NCBI GenBank assembly: GCA_026004395.1
Contig: BPJB01000001.1
Location: 649,226-713,225 of the forward strand
Direction: 5' to 3'
DNA length: 64,000 bases
DNA from: Patescibacteria group bacterium
Lineage (GTDB): Bacteria > Patescibacteriota > Microgenomatia > Levybacterales > UBA12049
In this document: positions 51,033 to 59,999 of the stretch, in pieces
How positions within the stretch are numbered: position 1 is the first letter of the stretch
Layout: every line of letters starts with the position of its first letter
Program-made: the position numbers and the translations under genes
The notes under the pieces: model-generated
The model's database searches: none
Told to the model about the DNA's origin: nothing
Seen by the model: only the letters and a program-made list of their open reading frames with translations

Positions 51033-51869
51033 ATGAAAATCAATGGCAAACAGATTGCTGAATCCATATTTGAATCTTTAAGAAGAGAAGTTGAATTACT
51101 TAAGAGTCAGGGAATAATTCCACACCTAGCAGTAATTTTAGTTGGAGATAATCAATCATCTGCTATCTATGTACGGCAAAAAGAACTTAAGGCAAAATCA
51201 ATTGGGGCTAAGATTTCTGTATATAGACTTAAAGAAGATATTTCACAAGCTGAGATTCTTTCACTTATCAACCAATTAAATGCTGATCCCAATGTTCATG
51301 GTATCATTATCCAAAGACCACTTCCACCTCATATTGACGATCAGGTAATCACCTATAGTACTGACGCTAATAAAGATGTTGATGGATTTAGACATGATTC
51401 ACCTTTTTCTCCTCCTGTTGCATTAGCAGTACATCGAATTCTTGAGGAAATCAAAAAGAAAGAACATTCTCAAAAATCTTTTGATGCGTGGATAAAAAAT
51501 AAAAAAATAGTTCTTATTGGCAAAGGACAAACCGCTGGCAGACCAATGATGAATTATTTTGCAAAATTAGATATTCCCTTTACAGTAATTGATAGTAAAA
51601 CAAAAGATAAAGAAAACATATTAAGAAATGCTGATATTCTCATCAGCGCAGTAGGGAAGAGGGAAGTTATAAGACCAAAATTTATCAAAAAAGGAGCAAT
51701 TTTAATAGGAGTTGGTATGCATCCTGAGAAAGGCAAAATGCACGCTGATTATGAACAAAATCTTATTGCTGAAAAAGCAAGCTATTTTACTCCTGTTCCA
51801 AAAGGTGTCGGACCTGTAAATGTAGCTATGCTACTTCACAATTTAATAAAAGCTGCAAAACGTCATTAA
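51033..51869 (+). CDS. folD: Methylenetetrahydrofolate dehydrogenase/cyclohydrolase FolD
   Basis: YVRQK, HGIIIQRPLP, KDVDG, TPVPKGVGPVNVAMLL.N. Confidence 0.92.
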   Translation: MKINGKQIAESIFESLRREVELLKSQGIIPHLAVILVGDNQSSAIYVRQKELKAKSIGAKISVYRLKEDISQAEILSLINQLNADPNVHGIIIQRPLPPHIDDQVITYSTDANKDVDGFRHDSPFSPPVALAVHRILEEIKKKEHSQKSFDAWIKNKKIVLIGKGQTAGRPMMNYFAKLDIPFTVIDSKTKDKENILRNADILISAVGKREVIRPKFIKKGAILIGVGMHPEKGKMHADYEQNLIAEKASYFTPVPKGVGPVNVAMLLHNLIKAAKRH

Positions 51870-51877
51870 AATTGTCA

Positions 51878-51906
51878 TTGACATTTTCATCTGTTACCAC
51901 TAGACT
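51878..51906 (+). promoter_or_regulatory. Sigma70 promoter
   Basis: TTGACA-17 nt-TAGACT upstream of ORF 51936. Confidence 0.55.
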
Positions 51907-51912
51907 AGAATC

Positions 51913-51935
51913 CCAGGAGCAATCCTGGTTTTTTT
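51913..51935 (+). terminator. Intrinsic terminator-like hairpin
   Basis: CCAGGA-GCAA-TCCTGG followed by T7. Confidence 0.65.
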
Positions 51936-52523
51936 ATGCCTGAAAGATTAAAAATAGTGACACCGGAAAAAAATGATGGCTTCTACCTATCTCCCAATTC
52001 AGCGAATAATAATGAACCCAATTCGGATCTTATTTCTACTCCTTTATACAAGGCAAAACAATTCAGCACACTCTGCTACGAACTTGATAGCTGCAATGAT
52101 TTCGATAGGTCAAAAAAGATTAGCCAATTAAAGCATCTTATTATTACATCAATAACTTCAACCTCCTACTTCCAGAAATATCTTCTAGATTTAACAAGAC
52201 AGATAGAGAATGGAGAAAGTGTTCTTTATTTCTCATCGCTTTTTGAGCTAGCAGGAGTTGATCTTGAAAATCATCATTTAGGAGCTTTTACGAAAGAGGG
52301 AGCACAAAAAGTTGAAGAGCGACAACTAAGGATATTTCTTCCTGCAGAAATTATGTGGGCTCGCAGAAATGGTCAGTTTCAAAGAACTGAACAGCTAACT
52401 AACTTGTATAATAGTTGGCTGAATGCTTATCAGAAATATTATGATCCAGATCCAAAAGATATAGAGTCAATTAAAGCAAACCTCTCATCTGTTATGCAAA
52501 GAGACAATAAGTTCAGAAGATAA
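51936..52523 (+). CDS. Hypothetical protein
   Basis: 195-aa ORF with its own promoter; no recognised motif. Confidence 0.7.
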   Translation: MPERLKIVTPEKNDGFYLSPNSANNNEPNSDLISTPLYKAKQFSTLCYELDSCNDFDRSKKISQLKHLIITSITSTSYFQKYLLDLTRQIENGESVLYFSSLFELAGVDLENHHLGAFTKEGAQKVEERQLRIFLPAEIMWARRNGQFQRTEQLTNLYNSWLNAYQKYYDPDPKDIESIKANLSSVMQRDNKFRR

Positions 52524-52526
52524 ATA

Positions 52527-52614
52527 TTTAGAGGTGAAACCTCTAATTCAAATAGTGGTATAAAAATAATGTTTATATTGAATAATCAATCTTTTTAGAG
52601 GTGAAACCTCTAAT
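52527..52614. repeat. Two exact copies of a 21-bp palindromic unit
   Basis: TTTAGAGGTGAAACCTCTAAT at 52527-52547 and 52594-52614; core TTAGAGGT-GAA-ACCTCTAA. Confidence 0.85.
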
Positions 52615-52663
52615 GATTTGACAAAAAAATAAAAATCTTTACAATAGATTTATATCCTCATTT

Positions 52664-53410
52664 ATGGATCAACTGAAAGTTCTTACTCTAAAAGTTTTAA
52701 TTGCAATCATCTCATTCTTTATAATCACCAAAATATTTGGACCCATCCCTTTAAATGTAAATAGTATACAGACAACCAAAAATGATCTTTTTACTGTGGA
52801 GGGGGTAGGGGAGGCAACAGGGATACCCAAAACAGCACAATTTACCGTCGGAGTAACAGAAACAGCAGCAACAGTTGAACAAGCACAAAGCAAAGTCAAT
52901 ACATCAATAAACAGAATAATCAATGAACTCAAAAAACTAGGAATTAGTGACAAAAAGATTAAAACAATAAATTACAATATAAGTCCTAATATTGATTACA
53001 CGAAGGGGCCACAACAAACAACTGGATATACAGTAAATGCTTTACTCGAGGTAAAATTAGACGATACATCAAAAGCAAATCAGGCAGTTGATACTGCTAC
53101 TAGAAATGGTGCAAATATAGTTAATGGAGTCACATTTGTCCTATCAGATGCTGATCGAGAAAAACTAGAAAAAGAAGCAAGAGCAAAAGCTATAAAAGAT
53201 GCAAAAGAAAAAGCACAAGAACTAAGTAGAGAAGTGGGACTAAAGATTGGACGTGTAATAAGCGTCAATATTAATCCAGAACCTAGTCCTATAATATATA
53301 AAACGACTACTAGTTTAGAAGCTAGAGGAGGATTGGATACTTCAACCAACCTGCAACCTGGAGAAAACACCATCCGAGTGACAGTAACCATCTCATATGA
53401 AACTCTTTAA
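52664..53410 (+). CDS. SIMPL (DUF541/YggE-like) domain protein
   Basis: TVEGVGE..P..A...GV, GANIVNG..F, AR.KAI.DAK.KA, LQPGE..I.VTVTISY. Confidence 0.88.
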   Translation: MDQLKVLTLKVLIAIISFFIITKIFGPIPLNVNSIQTTKNDLFTVEGVGEATGIPKTAQFTVGVTETAATVEQAQSKVNTSINRIINELKKLGISDKKIKTINYNISPNIDYTKGPQQTTGYTVNALLEVKLDDTSKANQAVDTATRNGANIVNGVTFVLSDADREKLEKEARAKAIKDAKEKAQELSREVGLKIGRVISVNINPEPSPIIYKTTTSLEARGGLDTSTNLQPGENTIRVTVTISYETL

Positions 53411-53469
53411 AAGATTCTGATTTGTCAAGTTATCTAATCAATTATGATCTAAAATATTTCTTTTAAGGT

Positions 53470-54123
53470 ATGCTTTTAGAAAAAGATCATATTGAAATAC
53501 CACAACTGTCCTTGGAATATCAAGCTCGCAAAAGCCTAGAACAGTTGCAAGAGTGGGTCATACTTTTATCAAATGGTCCTTATCATCCACATGAGCTAAG
53601 ACAGCCTCTTCATGCATTAGCTGAGCGATATAATGCCCAACACATACACCCACTCATAGATGCGGCATTCTATATAGATGATGCACAACGTGGATTACCC
53701 ACTGAAGCCATAGAAGCATTTTCTGCATGCGAACGTTTATTTATAGGACAAGAACTTATGAATAGTACTCCAGACGTTTCTTCTTTACGAGGGGGAGCTA
53801 TGCTTTCTTTGATTGATCAAGATAAGGAAAGAGTCCAAACAATGAGAAGATTAGTTATTACAGAGAATGGCAAGCTCAAAATTGCTGATCTATGGTCAGA
53901 TATTGTTAGGTATCATACTCTAGAGGAACTTGAAAATTTACAAAAATGTGATATCAATGCCTGTGAAGTAACTCGAGCTAAAAATCTAATCTCTTTTATC
54001 AATAAAAAAGAATATAAATATCCTTCAGAAAATTTTGTTATTCGAGGATGGGTACCAATTCATGAAGCCAAAATAGGAAAAATTCCAGAGTATTCCTCTT
54101 TTAATAAAAAATACAACAATTAA
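53470..54123 (+). CDS. Hypothetical protein
   Basis: 217-aa ORF; no recognised motif. Confidence 0.7.
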   Translation: MLLEKDHIEIPQLSLEYQARKSLEQLQEWVILLSNGPYHPHELRQPLHALAERYNAQHIHPLIDAAFYIDDAQRGLPTEAIEAFSACERLFIGQELMNSTPDVSSLRGGAMLSLIDQDKERVQTMRRLVITENGKLKIADLWSDIVRYHTLEELENLQKCDINACEVTRAKNLISFINKKEYKYPSENFVIRGWVPIHEAKIGKIPEYSSFNKKYNN

Positions 54124-54137
54124 CTCGTTGCAACTGA

Positions 54138-55079
54138 TTAAGAAGTTTTGCGATTCCCACTGTGAAAAGAATTATGAATTTCTCTCAATTTTTTATTTGT
54201 AATATGTGTATATATTTGTGTTGTAGCAATATTCTTATGTCCAAGCATCTCTTGAACAGAACGAATATCTGCTCCATTGGTAAGAAGGTCTGTTGCAAAA
54301 GAATGCCTTAGGGTATGAACAGTCGCGTCCACTGGAAGCCTAGCTAATCTTACATACTTTTTAATCATGCGTTCGACACTTCGAGGTGTAAGCCGCATTT
54401 TTTCACCATGATCAGATGGATCTTCTCGACCAGAATAACGAATAAATAAAGGCTTATAGGTATCTGTGCGCTCTGATAAATAGCGGCTCAACCACTCAGC
54501 AGCTCTTTCTGATATAAAAACGATTCTAGAGCGACCACCTTTGCCTATTACACCAAATTCACGACGCTCAAGATTAATCTGATCGTGATTAAGCTTGACA
54601 AGTTCAGAGACACGCAGGCCTGTTGAGAAGAGTAGTTCCATGATAGCGCGATCTCTCAATCCATCTATCTTTGAAGTATCTGCCATTGTTACCAAACGAT
54701 CAACCTGATCTCTTTCAAGGAATTTAAGACTTCGACTTTCAGTTTTAGGAAGATCAATTTTTGACGGCTCTAGTGTTTTGACATCATGCTTGATAAGGTA
54801 ACGCAGAAAAGAACGCAAGGCTATTACATAATAATTTTGCGTCACTTTTTTTAATGTCTGTCCTTTTGGATCGGTTTTATTGGAGAGGAAAACACGATAT
54901 CTTCTGATGATGTCAAGATTAAGATCTTGAATTGATTTTTCAGGATAATTCTTCTGAAACCACTGAGCAAAAGTTTTAAGATAATGATGATAATCACGAA
55001 TTGTTAACTTTGAAGAATTTTTTTCTATCTCTAAATATTCAAGAAATTGATTTATCAAATCGGGTAAATAGGCAGACAT
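54138..55079 (-). CDS. xerC: XerC/XerD-type tyrosine recombinase
   Basis: N-terminal SAM-like domain (FLEYLEIEKNSS.LT..Y); catalytic set TGLRVSE, GKG, HTLRHSFAT, LGH, TQIYTH. Confidence 0.9.
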   Translation of the reverse strand: MSAYLPDLINQFLEYLEIEKNSSKLTIRDYHHYLKTFAQWFQKNYPEKSIQDLNLDIIRRYRVFLSNKTDPKGQTLKKVTQNYYVIALRSFLRYLIKHDVKTLEPSKIDLPKTESRSLKFLERDQVDRLVTMADTSKIDGLRDRAIMELLFSTGLRVSELVKLNHDQINLERREFGVIGKGGRSRIVFISERAAEWLSRYLSERTDTYKPLFIRYSGREDPSDHGEKMRLTPRSVERMIKKYVRLARLPVDATVHTLRHSFATDLLTNGADIRSVQEMLGHKNIATTQIYTHITNKKLREIHNSFHSGNRKTS

Positions 55080-55137
55080 ATATCAACTGTACTAAAATAG
55101 AGTGGAGAAGTCAACAATGTGCGACGTATAAAATATT

Positions 55138-56484
55138 TTACAGATTCTCCTGATTATCTTTCTCCATTTCTTGATGAAAAACTGCTTCTCTTGCTTGATA
55201 GATTAAATTAGTTATTGTTGAACTATATTCATCATCTTTTTGCAACAAATCAACTATATTTTTTTGCGCTGTACCAACAGAAACAGACTCATCCATTGGT
55301 AAAATTTGTTTTATTGAGATTCTTCCCACTACTGCAATCAGCATCTTGCAAATAAAATCTATATATTCAGGAGCAAGTGTTATCCCATCCTGTTCAGCTT
55401 GCAACTTTATTTGAGAAAAAAATTCAGTAAAACGCATCTTTAAAATTTCCTCTTGCTTTTCAGGATTGTTTAAGAGATGTTGTGTTTTAGCCTCATGTAA
55501 GGGGATAAGAGCAAATGTTTTCCCTTGAAGAAGATTTCTGCATGCTAAGTACTCTTGGGCTTCCCTGATTTTCACCCCCATTAGTGAATGCTGAAAATCA
55601 AGATCGTGTGTAGGGAAAAAAAGATGTCCAACTCGATGAGAAAAATGTGTAGCTCCTGCAGGCATTCGAAGATGTGCTCGTTTGGCTATTTCTTTTCCAA
55701 GGAATGGAAGAGGGGGAAGAAATGGGAGAGATTTAAATCGCAAAATACGGTATCCCCATTTTACAACACCCCAAATAAGCTGAGGAGAACCAGGTCCTTT
55801 AATAAGATTTTCAAATTTTGTCTTCCAATACTCATGTCTTGGATCATCCCAATCAAAAGATAATCCTTCACGAAATTGTAGAAAAGCTTTTCTAAAAAGT
55901 TCATCATTGCCCAAATCTCTGGTGAAATCAGTGCCTAAAATGAAAAGATTCTTACCGACAGCATCTCTGAGTGATCCGGGATTATCCGGAAGATTGTAGA
56001 TCAACTCAGCAAGAGAAGCATCAGGAGACAGCCCACGAATAGCAATAACCGCAGGCTTCTCTCTAACAATTACCTCAGTAATTGCCGGATGCCATCTAGT
56101 ATATTCTCTTCTGCCAATTACTCTGTGTTCTTCTATATCATGCTCAATCTTTGCTATCTTCTCACGTGAATCAGATGTTGAGTCAACAGAACCATAAAGA
56201 TAATGTATCCTAGCATAAGGATTCACTAAATCCTCGTATCTTCTCCCACGCCTCTCGCGCAGGCTAACGCGTACTGCGTTAATATCAGAAATTTCTTGAG
56301 GGCTTTGACGAAGCAATGAAATTTTGTTGGAATTGATTGGTGAAGAAGATGACTCATTGTGTGTAGAAGAGGCGTTCGTATTAGCTATATTAGAGAAAGA
56401 TGCATGATCATTACTCTCATGAGCATTTACTTTTGGAGGAGGCAACTCATGTTCTACTAAAAATTGTGCATCTTTATGATCCAT
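55138..56484 (-). CDS. Hypothetical protein (448 aa)
   Basis: Long ORF with S/N-rich disordered N-terminus; no confident family. Confidence 0.75.
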   Translation of the reverse strand: MDHKDAQFLVEHELPPPKVNAHESNDHASFSNIANTNASSTHNESSSSPINSNKISLLRQSPQEISDINAVRVSLRERRGRRYEDLVNPYARIHYLYGSVDSTSDSREKIAKIEHDIEEHRVIGRREYTRWHPAITEVIVREKPAVIAIRGLSPDASLAELIYNLPDNPGSLRDAVGKNLFILGTDFTRDLGNDELFRKAFLQFREGLSFDWDDPRHEYWKTKFENLIKGPGSPQLIWGVVKWGYRILRFKSLPFLPPLPFLGKEIAKRAHLRMPAGATHFSHRVGHLFFPTHDLDFQHSLMGVKIREAQEYLACRNLLQGKTFALIPLHEAKTQHLLNNPEKQEEILKMRFTEFFSQIKLQAEQDGITLAPEYIDFICKMLIAVVGRISIKQILPMDESVSVGTAQKNIVDLLQKDDEYSSTITNLIYQAREAVFHQEMEKDNQENL

Positions 56485-56573
56485 TAATCTTATATTAATC
56501 TAATTCTGCAGAAGAGTTCAACAAATATAACTTTCAGTTGTAAAATCCATACAGCTTGCTACAATAGTAGCAA

Positions 56574-57467
56574 ATGACTCGCTTAATACTCGATTCAGGC
56601 GATCCTGAAGAGTATAAAATCACTGCCAAAATTGCCAATGATAACAATCAAGAACTTTGGGGAGGAACGACCAATCCATCTCTTATTGCCAAAAAACTGG
56701 CAATGAAAGGTAAAAAGTTAACAAAAGAAGAGGCTTTTGAACTACAAAAAAAAATTGTTCTGCAAATACTTGATATTGTTCCAGGAGCTGTATCTGTTGA
56801 AGTGTATGCAGACTCTAATACTACTGCGGAGGAGATGATTGCCCAAGGAGAAAAAATTGCCCACTGGCACGAAAGAGTAGTGATTAAACTTCCTACAACA
56901 ATTGAAGGTTTTAAAGCTCGAACAGTACTACGGAAAGAGTCTATCACCACCAACAACACACTTGTATTCTCACAACCACAAATTGTTGCTATCTGCATCC
57001 ATGAAAACTTAGTGCAAAAAGAATATGGTGTACAAGGACAATGGCCATCGTTTATATCTCCATTTATAGGCAGACTTGATGATATTGGCGAGGATGGTCT
57101 CTCTCTTCTAAAAAATGGTCTAGAATTAAAAAAGCAGCTTCAGTCAAATCTATGGATGCTTGCAGCTTCGATACGCAACACTTATCATTTATCAGAAAGT
57201 ATTACTCTTGGAAGCGAACTGGTAACAGCACCATTAAAGGTATTTGAGGAATGGTTCTCCAAAAAAAACACTACTAAACATCAAACTAGACTGAAAATCT
57301 CTAAGTTATGGGACATCCCTGATGAGGTAAAAAATATCGATTCTCTCGCATCATTTATGCAGGCGATTGAAACTGATATTCTCAATATTTCTCACCCGCT
57401 TACAGATAAAGGTCTAGAACGATTTGCTAACGATTGGAATGCGCTTATCAGTGATAAGAATAAATAA
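56574..57467 (+). CDS. Transaldolase/fructose-6-phosphate aldolase family protein
   Basis: LDSGD, TTNPSL, IKLPTT (Schiff-base Lys), N.TLVFS, SPFIGRLDD, LAASIR. Confidence 0.88.
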   Translation: MTRLILDSGDPEEYKITAKIANDNNQELWGGTTNPSLIAKKLAMKGKKLTKEEAFELQKKIVLQILDIVPGAVSVEVYADSNTTAEEMIAQGEKIAHWHERVVIKLPTTIEGFKARTVLRKESITTNNTLVFSQPQIVAICIHENLVQKEYGVQGQWPSFISPFIGRLDDIGEDGLSLLKNGLELKKQLQSNLWMLAASIRNTYHLSESITLGSELVTAPLKVFEEWFSKKNTTKHQTRLKISKLWDIPDEVKNIDSLASFMQAIETDILNISHPLTDKGLERFANDWNALISDKNK

Positions 57468-57515
57468 TTCAAATTATCATTGACACAATATCTCTCTTTG
57501 TTTATAGTGAGTGTA

Positions 57516-58307
57516 ATGTCAGAAAATAGAGAGATTTTAGAATCAGATACACATAATAGATTGAGAGGTCCACAAAATGAAGATCTAAGACCCACACTTG
57601 GACAAAAGATAAATGATAGAGTTGTCGATGCTGACTTGAGGAAAATCACTCGCAGAGCATTTTTGGCTGCTGGAATATTAGGAGTATTGCGTTTATTACG
57701 TAGAAATAGAGGAGAAAATAAACATCCAAATCTATCTCAGCCAGTACCAACAGCAGTACCAACAGAATCTCATCCTGAAGTTTTTCATCTAAAGACTATA
57801 GATGCTCCCATAGATCCTCAGATAAGTTTTCAACAGCTTAAAAAAGAAGGAATTGAATTTGTAGCTGACACAGAAAGTGGTGATCTAACTGTGACTGATA
57901 TTCCTGATGTTGAAATAATGGAACTTGCCGATATAAAAGGCAAGATTATTGTGCGACGTGGAGCAAGTTCTAATAATGAAGGGATAGAATTAACACTCTC
58001 AGAGCTTAAAAAAATCAATCCAGAAGGAAAATATAAAGTTGTAAGAATAATTGGTGGCGAATATGCGCCGGGATTTTCACACCTTGGTAGCACATACGTA
58101 GCCAATAGCGCTGAAAATACTGCTCATGGTATATGGTACGCAATTGTTAATGAAAAATTAGATCCTGAAAAAGGAATTAAAAAATATTTTTTTGCAGATC
58201 TTTATGGAAAAGAGCTTCCTAGCTCTGAAAACCCTTTATGTGTATCTGCGAACTTTGGGACAATTATCAAGGATACCAAAGACAATCCTCAATCGCCAAA
58301 TAGTTAA
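57516..58307 (+). CDS. Hypothetical membrane-anchored protein with twin-arginine-like motif
   Basis: Likely start MSENRE; ITRRAFLAAGILGVL then Pro/Thr linker and soluble domain. Confidence 0.7.
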   Translation: MSENREILESDTHNRLRGPQNEDLRPTLGQKINDRVVDADLRKITRRAFLAAGILGVLRLLRRNRGENKHPNLSQPVPTAVPTESHPEVFHLKTIDAPIDPQISFQQLKKEGIEFVADTESGDLTVTDIPDVEIMELADIKGKIIVRRGASSNNEGIELTLSELKKINPEGKYKVVRIIGGEYAPGFSHLGSTYVANSAENTAHGIWYAIVNEKLDPEKGIKKYFFADLYGKELPSSENPLCVSANFGTIIKDTKDNPQSPNS

Positions 58308-58320
58308 TACCTCTTATAAT

Positions 58321-58342
58321 GTAAGGTCATGTAATGACCTAC
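58321..58342. repeat. Short palindrome (REP-like or terminator) after ORF 57516
   Basis: GTA-AGGTCAT-GTA-ATGACCT-AC, perfect 7-bp arms. Confidence 0.5.
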
Positions 58343-58659
58343 AAGGCCTCTGAAAAATAAAATCTATATAAATAATAATAATTCCAAAAATTCCAAAAGG
58401 GATAAAAAGATACTTGTGCTATAAAAGTCACTACTCTACAGCATAAAATTGGAGGAGGGCATTTACACCTTAAATTAGCTTCAAAATATTAATATAAAAG
58501 CACAATTTATCCTATAGTGGAAAAAATGGACGTTTAATTTTATTTAATGCGCCTAAAAAGAGCACATTGATTTCACAAAACTAAGCTAAAATTTAAAAAA
58601 TTAAATGAATATAAAATAACGTACGCTGGATATAGCTTCTCCACCGTCAAAACTTATTT

Positions 58660-58687
58660 ACGTCGTAAAAGTATTATTGTACGACGT
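58660..58687. other. Candidate dif-type chromosome dimer resolution site
   Basis: ACGTCGTAAAA-GTATTA-TTGTACGACGT: 11-6-11 architecture, arms 10/11 inverted-identical, in an ~800-bp non-coding gap 3.6 kb from the xer gene. Confidence 0.7.
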
Positions 58688-58949
58688 TAATATTTTATTC
58701 TCTCTAGCATGTAGAGGAGTTCAATCCAAGGTCGTGGTTGCTAATTTAAAAATAATAACTAATAAAGAATACTTTAAAGACAGAATAATATGACGTGTTC
58801 TATCACCTGTTGGGTATCTACTGACGAACGTAACTTCTGTGAAAACTGAGAGTAAAATAGCGACTAATATTATTTTTTCACCCTATAATAAAGAGAATAT
58901 TTCTGTGAAAATTCGCCTCCACTCTATGTAATTCTATGCATAAATTATT

Positions 58950-58981
58950 TATATTTAGATTGATTTATCAATCTAAATATA
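58950..58981. repeat. Perfect 15-bp inverted repeat with 2-nt loop
   Basis: TATATTTAGATTGAT-TT-ATCAATCTAAATATA. Confidence 0.8.
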
Positions 58982-59101
58982 TTGTTTTAGCCTCAAATTA
59001 TTGTTTTCGTATTTTTTTCATTCTTACATTTACTATATCAAACTATATCAGGTATCAAAATATACTATAGGACTTCTCTGCTCTCTATTTTGTTAACTCT
59101 C

Positions 59102-59972
59102 CTACTTTCCCCATGAAGTAAATACTAATAAAGTAAAAAATACAGCAACTCCTACCCAGACATATTCCCACAACACACCTCTAAAAAGCCTCTTCTCTAG
59201 CCACACATGAGAAAGACCTACAAGAGTATAAAAAAAATCCTGTGACAAATAAGGCAATAACTGTTGGACTTGTCGGCCAAAACCAAAGCGCAGATGCTAC
59301 CTCTATCAAGCAAAGCGTTATTACTCCTGACCAAAGAATAAGAGGATATTCGGTTTTTTGAAGCACATATGTCCATAACGATTGATAGACTAAGGGATAA
59401 GAATATAACGCTATCAAGAATATTGTCGGAAGAATATGTAAATGAAGAGTGTAAACAATATTAGTTAAGAAGAAAATCGAAAGAAGCGTAAGAACAAATG
59501 AAACTATCCGCGCTCCGGATAAAAGCGCAATAGTTCGAATTGCAGAAACAGTAAAAATGTTTTGACTTAAAAAAAGAGAATATAAACCAAATGCATAAAA
59601 GCTTGTTAAAGCAAGTCTAAAAAGAAGCCGTGCCGGGATAAGAAAATAAAAAAGTGCAAAAGCTAGACTATAAAAGAATGGTAAAATGAAAAGATTAAAA
59701 GAAAAATTATCCTTTAGATCGTATCTTATTGCCCAATAAAGAAATAAATTTGTTAATAAAGAAAGAAATGCTGCAATAAGAAATCCAGATTTCCCGAATT
59801 GAAGCTCTGTAATAAACAAAATTAAGCTTAAAAAAGCAACACCTATAACAAATTTTTTTCTTTTATCAATGTGGATAAAAAGAGTTTTCTTTTCTCTTTT
59901 GGTTGGTAGTGATTGTGAACTAATTTTCTTATCAAGCAGATGAAAAATTCCTTTTTTATCCATCATGAACAA
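59102..59972 (-). pseudogene. Multi-TM membrane protein with a frameshift in a T8 run (real or sequencing error)
   Basis: ORF 59181-59972 ends in a non-TM tail; removing one A from A8 at 59230-59237 restores GFFYTLVGLSHVWLEKRLFRGVLWEYVWVGVAVFFTLLVFTSWGK* ending at 59102. Confidence 0.7.
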
Positions 59973-59999
59973 TTTTACTTACTTTTTGAACAAGTCTAA

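Noticed and set aside
52527-52614. Mini CRISPR array
   Set aside because: Only two 21-bp units with one 46-nt spacer and no cas gene in the window; kept as a palindromic repeat.
54138-55079. Prophage or ICE integrase
   Set aside because: Size and N-terminus are XerC/D-like with no arm-binding domain, and no phage or conjugation genes lie nearby.
55138-56484. TraB/EreA-like hydrolase assignment for the 448-aa orphan
   Set aside because: Only a vague pattern resemblance; the expected RN..M and G..H catalytic motifs are absent.
58308-59101. oriC in the long AT-rich gap
   Set aside because: No cluster of TTATCCACA-type DnaA boxes seen, no dnaA/dnaN nearby, and flanking genes converge; a dif-like site fits better.
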